A stretch of 40,000 nucleotides of DNA from Cricetibacter osteomyelitidis (GCF_004340985.1 NZ_SLYB01000002.1:4082-44081); one strand, 5' to 3'. Shown: positions 20,474 to 30,420, numbered from the stretch's first letter. Numbers and translations: made by a program. The notes: generated by a model not told the origin, from the letters alone.

Positions 20474-20489
20474 TGTGATCTACTTCAAA
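20474..20489. promoter_or_regulatory. CRP-like binding site upstream of sdaC
   Basis: AAATGTGATCTACTTCAAAAG compares with the consensus TGTGA-N6-TCACA. The left half is perfect and the right half matches 4 of 5. The centre lies about 92 nt upstream of the sdaC ATG. Confidence 0.35.
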
Positions 20490-20530
20490 AGTTTATTTTG
20501 TATTTGTTGAAATATTCAGCATATAACGAC

Positions 20531-20563
20531 AAAATAAAAAAGCGACTAATGTGATTTAGCCGC
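20531..20563 (-). terminator. Rho-independent terminator after the tyrosine phosphatase gene
   Basis: The minus strand reads AGCGGCTAA-TCACA-TTAGTCGCT, a 9 bp stem with one mismatch, followed by TTTTTTATTTT. Confidence 0.6.
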
Positions 20564-20571
20564 TATAGACA

Positions 20572-21045
20572 TTATGTTAATTCCGTTTTCAACTTCAACA
20601 ACAACGCATCGCAACACTGATCCAACAATTCATAAGTCTGTGCAAAATTGCCGGAATACCAAGGGTCGGGGATGTGATCGTAAGCAAGATCGGGGCAAAG
20701 TGCGGTGATTTTAAATAATTTTTCCGGATGTCTGCCGAATAAGCGTTCGAGATCACGTAAATTACTGTCGTCCATGGCAATAATATAGTCAAATTGTTGC
20801 CAATCACTCATTCGAACTTTGCGGCTGACGAATCCACGGCTGTCAATGTTATGCAGATCCAGCATATCTGCCGTGCCGCAATGCATTCCGTCACCGTCGT
20901 GATAACCTGCCGTGCCTGCACTGGCGGTAAAAATACGATTATCCAAATGCGCTTTCTTTACTTTATCGAGCATTATAAATTCCGCCATTGGAGAACGGCA
21001 AATATTGCCTAGGCAGACAAAGAGAATATGGATTCTGGGTTTCAT
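20572..21045 (-). CDS. Low-molecular-weight protein tyrosine phosphatase
   Basis: The P-loop is ILFVCLGNICRSPMAE (CX5R-S) and the DP motif (HIPDPWY) is present. I re-set the start to the ATG at 21045, which has SD AGGAAA upstream. The track start at 21078 adds 11 residues. Confidence 0.85.
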   Translation of the reverse strand: MKPRIHILFVCLGNICRSPMAEFIMLDKVKKAHLDNRIFTASAGTAGYHDGDGMHCGTADMLDLHNIDSRGFVSRKVRMSDWQQFDYIIAMDDSNLRDLERLFGRHPEKLFKITALCPDLAYDHIPDPWYSGNFAQTYELLDQCCDALLLKLKTELT

Positions 21046-21167
21046 ATTATTTCCTGTAAATCGTTTTATCTTTAACATTAAATAAAAATGCTAATAATAG
21101 TTATTTTCAACTAAATATTTCTAAATAAACCAATAATATAAGTGCGGTGAAAAAAAGTAAAATTTTT

Positions 21168-21181
21168 ATGATCTTAATCAA
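21168..21181. promoter_or_regulatory. FNR-like box upstream of hyfA
   Basis: ATGAT-CTTA-ATCAA matches the TTGAT-N4-ATCAA consensus at 9 of 10 positions. It lies about 200 nt upstream of the hyfA ATG. A possible -10 (TATCCT, 21224-21229) would put the box centre at -61.5. Confidence 0.3.
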
Positions 21182-21370
21182 AATTTGAGCGAATTACCCC
21201 TACCTTTTCCGAGGTATTTTCCTTATCCTTACAAAAAACAGGGTTATAGGTCTATACCCACAAACGGATTTGTGCTTTTTATAAAACATTCTGTTTTTTC
21301 TTTTTATAAAATTTGACAAATCCGAAAGAGTTTTAATTTTTTGTTGTAAACAATCAGAAATGGGGGACAT

Positions 21371-21970
21371 ATGAACCGATTCGTTATCGGCGATCCCAAA
21401 GACTGTATTGGTTGTAACACTTGCATGGCCGCATGCAGCGAAACCCATAAAGCCTTCGGATTGCAATCTTTTCCACGCTTACAGGTGATGCGTAATGACG
21501 ACATCACTGTTCCTATCTTATGCCGTCACTGCGATGACGCACCTTGTGCCACTGTTTGTCCCGTGCATGCGATCACGCACAAGAACGATACCATTCAACT
21601 TAACGAAAGTCTTTGTATCGGCTGTAAATTATGCGGTATTGCTTGTCCGTTCGGTGCAATTACCCAACATGGCAGCACCGCTATTGATGCACCGGCTTAT
21701 TATGAGCATTTCACTTTTGCCGATGCAGTGAAAAGGGACATCCGTACCGCACCGGATAATAGTAATGTACATAATATGCTGGCTTGGCAACCTGGTGTGA
21801 AAGCCATCGCTATTAAGTGCGATTTGTGCTATTTCCGTGAAGAGGGTCCGGCTTGTGTGCAAACCTGTCCGACAAAAACCTTATTCTTAATCAGTGACGA
21901 AAGTATTCAACAAGCAAATCAAGCGAAACGTGAATCGGCGATGATCAATTCACCGGCTATTCCCCATTAA
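21371..21970 (+). CDS. hyfA: Formate hydrogenlyase 4Fe-4S ferredoxin-type subunit (HyfA/HycB family)
   Basis: The product begins MNRFVIGDPKDCIGCNTCMAACSETHK and contains LNESLCIGCKLCGIACPFGAI. It is collinear with E. coli HyfA/HycB and has four Cys clusters. Confidence 0.88.
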   Translation: MNRFVIGDPKDCIGCNTCMAACSETHKAFGLQSFPRLQVMRNDDITVPILCRHCDDAPCATVCPVHAITHKNDTIQLNESLCIGCKLCGIACPFGAITQHGSTAIDAPAYYEHFTFADAVKRDIRTAPDNSNVHNMLAWQPGVKAIAIKCDLCYFREEGPACVQTCPTKTLFLISDESIQQANQAKRESAMINSPAIPH

Positions 21971-22004
21971 TTGATTTTTGCTTATTGCATCAATGGAGTG
22001 AATT

Positions 22005-24023
22005 ATGGGTACAATTACTTTACTCATCACTGCCTTGATAGTGTATGTTGCAGGTGCGTTCGCTTCGCTGTGGGTTAAACGGAACGAACAACTTTCAATC
22101 AATCTATCCGGTATTGCCAGTATTATTGGCGGTGTTTTAGGCATTGTTGCCGTTGCACCGGTACTATTCGGCAGTGAAACGATAACAGACACATTCAAAA
22201 CGCCTTTTGAATTCGCCGATTTTTCCCTGCGAATCGACGGTTTGGCGGCTTTTATGGTGTGTGTGATTTCTTTGTTGGTGGTGGTCAGTGCCATTTATTC
22301 CTTTGCTTATGTGCAGGAATACAAAGGTAAAGGAGCCGGTTCAATGGGATTCTTTATGAATCTGTTTATTGCTTCGATGATCGCCCTTGTTACCACCGAT
22401 AACGCGTTCTACTTTTTAGTCTTTTTTGAAATGATGTCTTTGGCATCATACTTTTTAGTGCTCACCGAACAAGACGACAACGCCACCAACGCCGGTTTGT
22501 TATATTTCTTTATTGCACACGCCGGTTCCGTGTTGATTATGATCGCCTTCTTTATTTTCTATTGCTATGCCGGCAGTTTTGAATTTGCCGCTTTCCGTCA
22601 AACATCCCTTTCTACGCCTTTAGCCTTTACCGTATTTATCCTTGCATTCTTAGGTTTTGGGGCAAAAGCCGGGATGATTCCGTTGCACGGTTGGCTGCCG
22701 AAAGCACACCCTGCCGCACCGTCTCACGCTTCCGCCTTAATGTCCGGTGTAATGGTGAAAATCGGGGTGTTCGGTATTATCAAAGTAGGCATTGATCTGC
22801 TTGGTGCGGATAATCTTTGGTATGGCGTAATTGTGTTGGCTTTCGGTGCGGTATCATCGGTGCTTGGCGTGCTTTATGCCTTGGCGGAACACGATATCAA
22901 ACGCTTATTGGCTTATCACACGGTGGAAAACGTCGGCATTATTATGATGGGCGTGGGGGTAGGTATGATCGGTATTGCCCTTAAAAATCCGATACTTGCC
23001 ACCGTGGGCTTGCTCGGCGGTTTATATCACTTGCTCAACCATGCGGTATTCAAAGGCTTATTATTCTTAGGTGCGGGATCGATTATGTATCGGCTGCACA
23101 GTAAAGATATGGATTTAATGGGCGGTTTGGGTAAATTAATGCCCTATACGGCGTTGTGTTTCTTAATCGGTACCATGGCGATTTCCGCATTACCGCCGTT
23201 TAACGGCTTTGTGAGTGAATGGTTTACTTATCAATCTTTGTTTACACTCAGCCAAAGCGATGACATTGTACTTAAATTAGCCGGTCCTATTGCCATTATT
23301 ATGCTTGCTTTAACCGGGGCGTTAGCGGCACTTTGTTTCGTGAAAGTCTATGGTATCAGCTTTGGCGGCGCACCACGCAGCGAAAAAGCCGCACAGGCTC
23401 GTGAAGTACCAATGCCGATGGTAGCGGCAATGGCAATTTTAGCGGTACTTTGTATATTATTGGGCATCGGAGCATCGGTGATTACACCGATAATTGCCAA
23501 GATTTCCACCGCACTTTCCGGCTTAAACGGATTTCCGCTTGCAGAAAACGGAGTTGTAGTCGCCGGTTCCCAACCGACAACCGCACTTTCAACACCAATG
23601 GTTGCCATTATGTTGATTGCTTTCTTTGCCGTACCGTTTGCTTATTATGCGATGACCAAACAATCCCGTTTGGCAGATACCAACAAAGGCAATCCTTGGG
23701 CTTGCGGTTATGCCTATGAAATGGATATGGCAACATCCGCCGGCGGTTTCACCCGTCCGTTACGCACAATGTTCAAACCGCTTTATACCATTCGTAAAAC
23801 CCTGGACATTGCACCAATCAGTAATAAAGCCATTCAAGCGACCATTAAAGGTGCAACCAAAGCCGAACCGGTGTGGGAAGATAAAGTCACCATGCCGATT
23901 GCCCGCTTGATTCCTTGGATTGCCGACAAACTTCAATGGTTGCAAGCCGGTGATTTCCGCTTGTATTGTGTTTACTTTGTGATTGCACTGGTTATTTTAT
24001 TAACCGTTGCCGCAACATTATAA
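22005..24023 (+). CDS. hyfB: Hydrogenase-4 membrane subunit B (NuoL/HycC-like antiporter subunit)
   Basis: The product is 672 aa, the same length as E. coli HyfB. It is polytopic and has the proton-pumping subunit motif GWLPKAHPAAPSHASALMSGVMVK. Confidence 0.88.
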   Translation: MGTITLLITALIVYVAGAFASLWVKRNEQLSINLSGIASIIGGVLGIVAVAPVLFGSETITDTFKTPFEFADFSLRIDGLAAFMVCVISLLVVVSAIYSFAYVQEYKGKGAGSMGFFMNLFIASMIALVTTDNAFYFLVFFEMMSLASYFLVLTEQDDNATNAGLLYFFIAHAGSVLIMIAFFIFYCYAGSFEFAAFRQTSLSTPLAFTVFILAFLGFGAKAGMIPLHGWLPKAHPAAPSHASALMSGVMVKIGVFGIIKVGIDLLGADNLWYGVIVLAFGAVSSVLGVLYALAEHDIKRLLAYHTVENVGIIMMGVGVGMIGIALKNPILATVGLLGGLYHLLNHAVFKGLLFLGAGSIMYRLHSKDMDLMGGLGKLMPYTALCFLIGTMAISALPPFNGFVSEWFTYQSLFTLSQSDDIVLKLAGPIAIIMLALTGALAALCFVKVYGISFGGAPRSEKAAQAREVPMPMVAAMAILAVLCILLGIGASVITPIIAKISTALSGLNGFPLAENGVVVAGSQPTTALSTPMVAIMLIAFFAVPFAYYAMTKQSRLADTNKGNPWACGYAYEMDMATSAGGFTRPLRTMFKPLYTIRKTLDIAPISNKAIQATIKGATKAEPVWEDKVTMPIARLIPWIADKLQWLQAGDFRLYCVYFVIALVILLTVAATL

Positions 24024-24030
24024 GGGGGCA

Positions 24031-25008
24031 ATGATGATTACGTTACCTTCAGAAATTGCCACATCAGGCGGTATGTTGCTGTTAGGCATTGTGCAAGCGT
24101 TGATTTTACTCGCTCTCGCACCGTTATTCAGTGGCATTTCCCGCTTTATTCGTGCAAGAATACAATCTCGCCGCGGTGCGGGTATCTTACAGGATTATCG
24201 CGACATTGCGAAATTAATGAAACGGCAAAACATTTTACCGGATAATGCCGGTATAGTATCAAAAGTAATGCCTTATGTGTTAATCAGCACCGTTATGGTG
24301 ATCGCAATGGCATTGCCGTTATTCACCTTGGCTTCCCCCTTCGGGGCAGGCGGTGATTTAATTACCGCTATTTACCTGTTCGCTTTATTCCGCTTCTTTT
24401 TCTCTATTGCGGGGTTAGACAGCAATAGTTCGTTCTCAAGCATTGGCGCAAGCCGCGAAGTGACATTAGGCGTGTTGGTAGAACCGATTTTAATGCTCTC
24501 ATTATTGGTGATTGCCTTAATTGCCGGTTCCACACATTTTGGCGTAATTTCCACCGCACTTTCCGGATCGGTCGTCGGGTTCGGCAGTCCATTGCCGATG
24601 GCAACTTTTGTTGCCGTGCTTGCCTGCGGTTTTGCAGTGTTTATCGAAATGGGCAAAATTCCCTTCGATTTGGCAGAAGCAGAACAAGAATTGCAAGAAG
24701 GCCCACTCACAGAATATTCCGGCCCGTCCTTAGCATTAATCAAAATCGGCATCGGTTTGAAATCTGTGGTGGTGGCTTCACTGTTTGTCAGCCTATTATT
24801 GCCATTCGGTGCTGCACAAGAACTCACTATAAGTGCGGTCGTTTTTGGGGCAATTTGGTTCTTTATCAAATTACTGGTGGTATTCGTGTTGGCTTGTGTG
24901 TTTGAAAACACCTTGTCCCGTACCCGTTTTATGCTGACCGGGCGCTTAACCATTGTGGGCTTCGGTATTTCCGTATTTGCCTTTATGTTTTATTTAATCG
25001 GATTGTAA
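24031..25008 (+). CDS. hyfC: Hydrogenase-4 membrane subunit C (NuoH/HycD-like)
   Basis: I re-set the start to the ATG at 24031, just after the GGGGG SD and the hyfB stop. The 325 aa product is polytopic and contains FDLAEAEQELQEGPLTEYSG, typical of NuoH/HycD. Confidence 0.88.
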   Translation: MMITLPSEIATSGGMLLLGIVQALILLALAPLFSGISRFIRARIQSRRGAGILQDYRDIAKLMKRQNILPDNAGIVSKVMPYVLISTVMVIAMALPLFTLASPFGAGGDLITAIYLFALFRFFFSIAGLDSNSSFSSIGASREVTLGVLVEPILMLSLLVIALIAGSTHFGVISTALSGSVVGFGSPLPMATFVAVLACGFAVFIEMGKIPFDLAEAEQELQEGPLTEYSGPSLALIKIGIGLKSVVVASLFVSLLLPFGAAQELTISAVVFGAIWFFIKLLVVFVLACVFENTLSRTRFMLTGRLTIVGFGISVFAFMFYLIGL

Positions 25009-25018
25009 GGGGGATGAA

Positions 25019-26464
25019 ATGGAAACTTTAGCTCTGATTACAATCATTCTACCGTTCATTGGGGCGTTTTTGGTGGGGGTCGGTAAAAACGGCTTTCCGA
25101 AATTAGCCGTGTTATTTTCTGCCTTAACCACCTTATGCACAGTTTGCCTTGCGGGGCAATGGTATATGAACGGAGCAGTATCAATCAGCTATGATTACAT
25201 CACTTTCGGCAGTGCGGTAATTTTCGGTGTTACCTTAGATGCAGTCAGCACTTTAATTGCTGTTGCCGTCGTCGGTTTAGGCTTTTTGATCATCACCTAT
25301 TCCTGTGGTTATTTAACCGATAAGAATCGCGAGCATCCGCATAACGGTTTACCGCGTTTTTATGCTTTCTTACTGATTTTTGTGGGTGCGATGGCAGGTT
25401 TGGTTTATTCATCCACCTTGCTCGGTCAATTACTGTTCTTTGAAATTACCGGTGCTTGCTCTTGGGGATTAATCAGCTACTATCAATCGGAAAAAGCCAA
25501 AGCCGCTGCGATGAAAGCCTTGATTATTACGCATGTAGGGGCAATTGGTTTATATTTGGCCGCCGCATACTTATACAGCCAATCCGGCACTTTCTCCGTT
25601 ACTGCCTTGGAACAGCTTGATCCGACAGCCAAAACCATTGTGTTATTCGGTGTGATGTTTGCCGCTTGGGGTAAATCCGCACAACTGCCAATGCAAATTT
25701 GGTTGCCGAATGCTATGGAAGCACCGACACCGGTGAGTGCTTATTTGCACGCGGCATCTATGGTGAAAGTGGGCGTTTATATTTTCGCAAGAGCGGTCTA
25801 TTCTGCGGGAGAAATTCCAAGTATCGTAGGCGAAGTGGGGATCATTATGGCGATGATCACATTAATTTACGGTTTCTTGATGTACTTGCCGCAAACGGAC
25901 TTAAAACGTTTACTTGCCTATTCCACCATTACCCAACTGGCGTATATTTTCATCGGGTTATCCTTATTTGCACTCGGTTCCAAACTGGCATTTGTAGCCG
26001 CCATTGCCTACATTTTTAACCACGCCTTTGCGAAAAGTTTGTTTTTCTTGGTCGCAGGTTCCTTGGCTTATGCCACCGGCACGCGTTCTATGCCTTTATT
26101 GCAAGGTATTATGCGTACCATGCCGATTGTGGGGACAGGATTTGGCATTGCGGCATTGGCTATTGCCGGTGTGCCGCCGTTTAACGGATTTTTCAGTAAA
26201 TTCCCGTTATTCGCCGCCGGGTTTGAATTAGGCTCACAATATACATGGATCACCCTGTTAATGGTAATCGCATTGATTGAAAGCACCGCAACCTTTGTGT
26301 GGCTGTTGTATAAATTCGGTCAATGTGTGGTGGGCAAACCGTCCGAAGCCGTTGCACAAGCCCAACCGTTACCGTTATCCATGAGTGCGGTATTGGTGGT
26401 GTTAATGGTGATGTCCGTTTGTTCCGGCTTTATCGCCGCTTACTGGCTCCAATTTTTAGGATAA
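25019..26464 (+). CDS. hyfD: Hydrogenase-4 membrane subunit D (NuoM/N-like antiporter subunit)
   Basis: The product is 481 aa (E. coli HyfD is 479 aa). It contains WLPNAMEAPTPVSAYLHAASMVKVG. This subunit is specific to Hyf-type complexes. Confidence 0.85.
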   Translation: METLALITIILPFIGAFLVGVGKNGFPKLAVLFSALTTLCTVCLAGQWYMNGAVSISYDYITFGSAVIFGVTLDAVSTLIAVAVVGLGFLIITYSCGYLTDKNREHPHNGLPRFYAFLLIFVGAMAGLVYSSTLLGQLLFFEITGACSWGLISYYQSEKAKAAAMKALIITHVGAIGLYLAAAYLYSQSGTFSVTALEQLDPTAKTIVLFGVMFAAWGKSAQLPMQIWLPNAMEAPTPVSAYLHAASMVKVGVYIFARAVYSAGEIPSIVGEVGIIMAMITLIYGFLMYLPQTDLKRLLAYSTITQLAYIFIGLSLFALGSKLAFVAAIAYIFNHAFAKSLFFLVAGSLAYATGTRSMPLLQGIMRTMPIVGTGFGIAALAIAGVPPFNGFFSKFPLFAAGFELGSQYTWITLLMVIALIESTATFVWLLYKFGQCVVGKPSEAVAQAQPLPLSMSAVLVVLMVMSVCSGFIAAYWLQFLG

Positions 26465-26474
26465 GGGGGAAACT

Positions 26475-27113
26475 ATGTTAATGATTAATACCCTGGCCGG
26501 CTTATTGATTTTAACCTCACTACTGGTGATTATCGCCAAAACGGCGAAAAAAGCCGCCGCACTTTATGCCTTACAATCCTTGGTGTTGGTATCTATATTT
26601 GTTTATCTTGCGGGAGAATTGCAGGCACATTCTCTTTATATGTGGTCAATCGGTGCGTTTATCACTAAAGTCATTATCGTGCCGGCAATTTTGCTCTATG
26701 CCACTAAAAAATTGGATGAAAGTGCGGTGCCAAACGGTATCAATTCTGCCTGGCTGATTCCTATTGTGGCAGTCATTGTGGTGGTGTGCTACTGGGTGGT
26801 TGCACCGTTGCAAGTACCGTTAGCGGCACATTTAAAACCGGCCTTATCAGTTTCATTAAGTCACTTTTTAATCGGCGTATTGTGTATTGTCAGCCAACGC
26901 AATATTTTGAAACAAGTGTTCGGCTATTGTCTGATGGAAAACGGCTCTCATTTAACCTTGGCGTTATTGGCAAGCGATGCACCGGAATTGGTGGAAATCG
27001 GTATTGCCACCGATGCCTTGTTTGCCGTCATCATTATGGTGGTGCTAGTAAATAAAATTTACCGCACATTACACACCTTAGATGCCAAACAACTTACGGA
27101 ATTGAAGGGGTAA
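26475..27113 (+). CDS. hyfE: Hydrogenase-4 membrane subunit E
   Basis: The 212 aa product contains SQRNILKQVFGYCLMENGSHLTLALLASDAPELVEIGIATDALFAVIIMVVL, close to E. coli HyfE (SQRNILRQIFGYCLMENGSHLVLALLAWRAPELVEIGIATDAIFAVIVMVLL). This match is diagnostic for Hyf rather than Hyc. Confidence 0.9.
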   Translation: MLMINTLAGLLILTSLLVIIAKTAKKAAALYALQSLVLVSIFVYLAGELQAHSLYMWSIGAFITKVIIVPAILLYATKKLDESAVPNGINSAWLIPIVAVIVVVCYWVVAPLQVPLAAHLKPALSVSLSHFLIGVLCIVSQRNILKQVFGYCLMENGSHLTLALLASDAPELVEIGIATDALFAVIIMVVLVNKIYRTLHTLDAKQLTELKG

Positions 27114-27117
27114 CATT

Positions 27118-28650
27118 ATGTCTGAATGGATTTATGCATTACTAATCGCTCCGTTGGCGGTTTCCGTTGCCTGTTTCTTGATTAACAACAGCAAAAATCA
27201 GCCACTTTGCACCGCACTTCATGTCACCGGTATTGTATTAACGACAATTTTTGCCCTGTTAGTCATCAAAGACGTGTTGGTTCAAGGCAAAATTATCGCC
27301 ATGGGTAACTGGATTTACATCGACAGTTTATCTGCGATTTTCATTGGTTTAATCGGTGTGGTAGGCAGCTTGGCAGCCATTTATTCCATCGGTTATATGA
27401 ATCAGGAGTTAGCGGAAGGACATGTTGATTTCAAAACCTATGCAAACTATCACAGTTTGTTGCATTTATTCTTTTTCACCATGTTACTTTCTGTCACCAC
27501 TAACAACATCATTTTAATGTGGGTGGGCATTGAAGCTACAACCTTAAGTTCTGCTTTCTTAGTGGGAACATATAAACAAAAAACCGCTTTGGAAGCCGCC
27601 TGGAAATACATCATCATTTGTTCCGTGGGCGTAGCGTTCGGTTTGTTCGGCACGATTTTAACTTTTGCCGATGCTAATCATTTGCTCAATGATCCGACAC
27701 AAGCGATTTTCTGGTCCGCTATTAAAGAACACGCGGTGAATTTGAATCCGAGCTTAATGCACATTGCTTTTGTATTTATCTTAATCGGTTTCGGTACAAA
27801 ATGCGGTTTGTTCCCGATGCACACTTGGCTGCCGGATGCACACAGTGAAGCACCGAGTCCGGTAAGTGCGGTGCTTTCTGCGGTACTTTTAAACTGTGCC
27901 ATATTGGTCGTGCTACGTTACTATATTCTGGTTTCCCAAAGCGTGGGAGAAAGCTATGGGCAAACCCTGTTTTTGGTTTTCGGCTTGATTTCCGTAGCAG
28001 TGGCAGCGTTATTCATTATTGTCCAATCGGATATTAAACGAATGCTGGCTTATTCCAGTATAGAAAACATGGGACTGATTACTTTTGCTTTCGGCTTAGG
28101 CGGTCCAATCGGTATGTTTGCCGGTTTATTACACACCATCATGCACAGCCTTGCTAAAGCCTTGTTGTTCTGTGCTTCCGGTAACATTTTACTTAAATAC
28201 CGCAGCCGTGACATTCAATATGTAAGCGGTTTATGGAAAACCATGCCGCTAACCGCCGTATTATTTGCCGGTGGTGCCTTGGCACTGAGCGGTATGCCGC
28301 CGTTCGGTATGTTTGTTAGTGAATTTGCCATTGTGGTCGCTGCGATTACATCGGGTAATATTTGGCTCGCCATTCTGTGTTTAATTTTCTTAACCATTGC
28401 CCTCGGGGGGTTAACCACGATGTTATTAAAAACCGTGTTGGGTAAACCGGCCGAAGGTGTGCAGGCTGGTGAGTTAAATAAACTTTCTGTTACTGTGCTG
28501 GCAATCTGTTTATTATCCTTATTTGTAGTAGGCATCCATATTGCAGATCCGCTTTTGCAATTATTAACGGACGCTGTGGGTATTATTTTAAGTCAGGATA
28601 ACGTTTCATTCGGTGAATTGTTATTACCGTGGCAAAGTGTCACTCACTAG
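27118..28650 (+). CDS. hyfF: Hydrogenase-4 membrane subunit F (NuoN/M-like antiporter subunit)
   Basis: The 510 aa product is polytopic and contains WLPDAHSEAPSPVSAVLSAVLLNCA. Confidence 0.85.
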   Translation: MSEWIYALLIAPLAVSVACFLINNSKNQPLCTALHVTGIVLTTIFALLVIKDVLVQGKIIAMGNWIYIDSLSAIFIGLIGVVGSLAAIYSIGYMNQELAEGHVDFKTYANYHSLLHLFFFTMLLSVTTNNIILMWVGIEATTLSSAFLVGTYKQKTALEAAWKYIIICSVGVAFGLFGTILTFADANHLLNDPTQAIFWSAIKEHAVNLNPSLMHIAFVFILIGFGTKCGLFPMHTWLPDAHSEAPSPVSAVLSAVLLNCAILVVLRYYILVSQSVGESYGQTLFLVFGLISVAVAALFIIVQSDIKRMLAYSSIENMGLITFAFGLGGPIGMFAGLLHTIMHSLAKALLFCASGNILLKYRSRDIQYVSGLWKTMPLTAVLFAGGALALSGMPPFGMFVSEFAIVVAAITSGNIWLAILCLIFLTIALGGLTTMLLKTVLGKPAEGVQAGELNKLSVTVLAICLLSLFVVGIHIADPLLQLLTDAVGIILSQDNVSFGELLLPWQSVTH

Positions 28651-28667
28651 ATCGACAGGAGGAAAAA

Positions 28668-30398
28668 ATGGAATTAACGAAAAATACAACAGTCGATCAG
28701 ACTCAAGCAAAAGGCAAACATTATATTGAAGCCGTGAACCAAAAATTTCCGCATACCATTTTGGAAGAGGAGTGGTCAACAGAAAATCAGGTGACGATCA
28801 CGATTAAAACCAATATGTTGCCTGATGTGGTGGAATATTTGTATTACCAACACGAAGGTTGGCTGCCGATTGCTTTTGCCAATGACGAGCGTTCTATTCA
28901 CGGTAATTTTGCGGTGTACTATGTACTTTCAATGGAAGGGGAAGTGAAAAGTTTTGTCACCGTGAAAGCCTTGGTGGATCCGGTCACGCAAGAATTTCCG
29001 TCCGTTACACCGCGAGTCAAAGCGGCGGTATGGGCAGAACGGGAAATGTTCGATATGTTCGGCTTAAAAGCCGTGGGCTTGCCGGATCAACGCCGTTTAG
29101 TGTTGCCGGACGATTGGCCTGATGATATTTACCCATTGCGTAAAGATTCGATGGATTACCGTTTACGTCCGGATCCGACAACCGCCACGGAAACCTATGA
29201 ATTCATCAACGAAAAAGGCGAAGCCCGTATAGTGCCAATCGGTCCGTTACACATAACATCCGACGAACCGGGACATTTCCGTTTATTTGTGGACGGGGAA
29301 GATATTATCGATGCGGATTACCGTTTGTTCTATGTTCACCGTGGTATGGAAAAACTGGCGGAAACCCGAATGGATTACGACCAAGTGACCTTCTTGGCCG
29401 ACCGTGTATGCGGTATCTGCGGATTTACTCACAGCGTGGCATATTCCAATTCCGTTGAAAACGCATTGGGTATTCAAGTTCCGGTACGGGCTCAATGGAT
29501 TCGGGCGATTTTATTGGAAGTGGAACGTTTGCACAGCCACTTATTGAACCTAGGGCTTTCCAGCCATTTCACCGGTTTTGATACAGGCTTTATGCAGTTT
29601 TTCCGTGTACGGGAAAAATCCATGACCTTGGCGGAAGTGTTAACCGGTGCCCGTAAAACCTACGGTATCAATCTAATCGGCGGTGTACGTCGCGATATGT
29701 TGAAACATCAACGGGAACAATGCGTAAAATTGATTAAAGAAATGCGGGAAGAAGTGAAAAATCTGGTGGATATTTTGCTCAACACGCCGAACATCAAACA
29801 ACGCACCGTGGGCGTGGGAATTTTAGACAAACAAGTGGCTCGCGATTTCAGTCCGGTAGGGCCGATGGTGCGAGGTTCCGGTTTTACCCGTGATGTACGC
29901 AAAGTACATCCGTTCTCAGGTTACGGCGATGTACCGTTCCAAGTCTTCCACGAAGAAAACGGCGATGTGATGTCGCGAGTTTCCGTACGCATCAACGAAA
30001 CCTTTGAAGCCATGAATATTATCGACTACATGGTGGATAATTTACCGAGCGGCGAATTACTCAATGAAGGTTTCAACTACACACCGGGACGTTTTGCGTT
30101 AGGTATTACCGAAGCACCGCGGGGTGAAGATATTCACTGGTCTATGCTCGGTGACAACCAAAAATTATTCCGCTGGCGTTGCCGTGCGGCGACTTACGCC
30201 AACTGGCCGACATTACGTTATATGTTGCGCGGTAATACGGTGTCCGATGCCCCATTGATTATCGGCAGTGTTGACCCTTGCTATTCCTGTACCGACCGCG
30301 TTACCGTGGTAGATGTACGCAAACGCAAAGCCAAAACCGTGGAATACAAAGAAATCGAACGCTACGGCATCGAACGTAAAAATTCACCGCTGAAATAG
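28668..30398 (+). CDS. hyfG: [NiFe] hydrogenase-4 large subunit (HyfG/HycE, NuoC-NuoD fusion type)
   Basis: I re-set the start to the ATG at 28668, which has SD AGGAGG upstream. The N-terminal Ni-binding motif is RVCGICGFTHS and the C-terminal motif is DPCYSCTDR. A 32-residue extension (VTVVDVRK...NSPLK) follows, the same length HycI removes from E. coli HycE. Confidence 0.92.
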   Translation: MELTKNTTVDQTQAKGKHYIEAVNQKFPHTILEEEWSTENQVTITIKTNMLPDVVEYLYYQHEGWLPIAFANDERSIHGNFAVYYVLSMEGEVKSFVTVKALVDPVTQEFPSVTPRVKAAVWAEREMFDMFGLKAVGLPDQRRLVLPDDWPDDIYPLRKDSMDYRLRPDPTTATETYEFINEKGEARIVPIGPLHITSDEPGHFRLFVDGEDIIDADYRLFYVHRGMEKLAETRMDYDQVTFLADRVCGICGFTHSVAYSNSVENALGIQVPVRAQWIRAILLEVERLHSHLLNLGLSSHFTGFDTGFMQFFRVREKSMTLAEVLTGARKTYGINLIGGVRRDMLKHQREQCVKLIKEMREEVKNLVDILLNTPNIKQRTVGVGILDKQVARDFSPVGPMVRGSGFTRDVRKVHPFSGYGDVPFQVFHEENGDVMSRVSVRINETFEAMNIIDYMVDNLPSGELLNEGFNYTPGRFALGITEAPRGEDIHWSMLGDNQKLFRWRCRAATYANWPTLRYMLRGNTVSDAPLIIGSVDPCYSCTDRVTVVDVRKRKAKTVEYKEIERYGIERKNSPLK

Positions 30399-30420
30399 GC
30401 TGACTATAAGGAAACGGATT

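Noticed and set aside
21079-21370. Sigma-54 (-24/-12) promoter and FhlA-type upstream sites for hyfA and fdhF
   Set aside because: I searched by eye for TGGCAC-N5-TTGC-like elements upstream of hyfA and fdhF and found none. The GGCAT at 32724 has no GC at the +10 position.
21200-21507. Two minus-strand ORFs (88 and 67 aa) spanning the hyfA promoter and start
   Set aside because: They overlap the hyfA 5' end and the AT-rich control region. They have no SD and no recognisable sequence.
24372-24953. 193 aa minus-strand ORF inside hyfC, with similar antisense ORFs in hyfB, hyfD, hyfF and hyfG
   Set aside because: They are antisense to strongly conserved membrane-subunit genes. They lack SD sequences, and their products are low-complexity mirror images of the hydrophobic codons.
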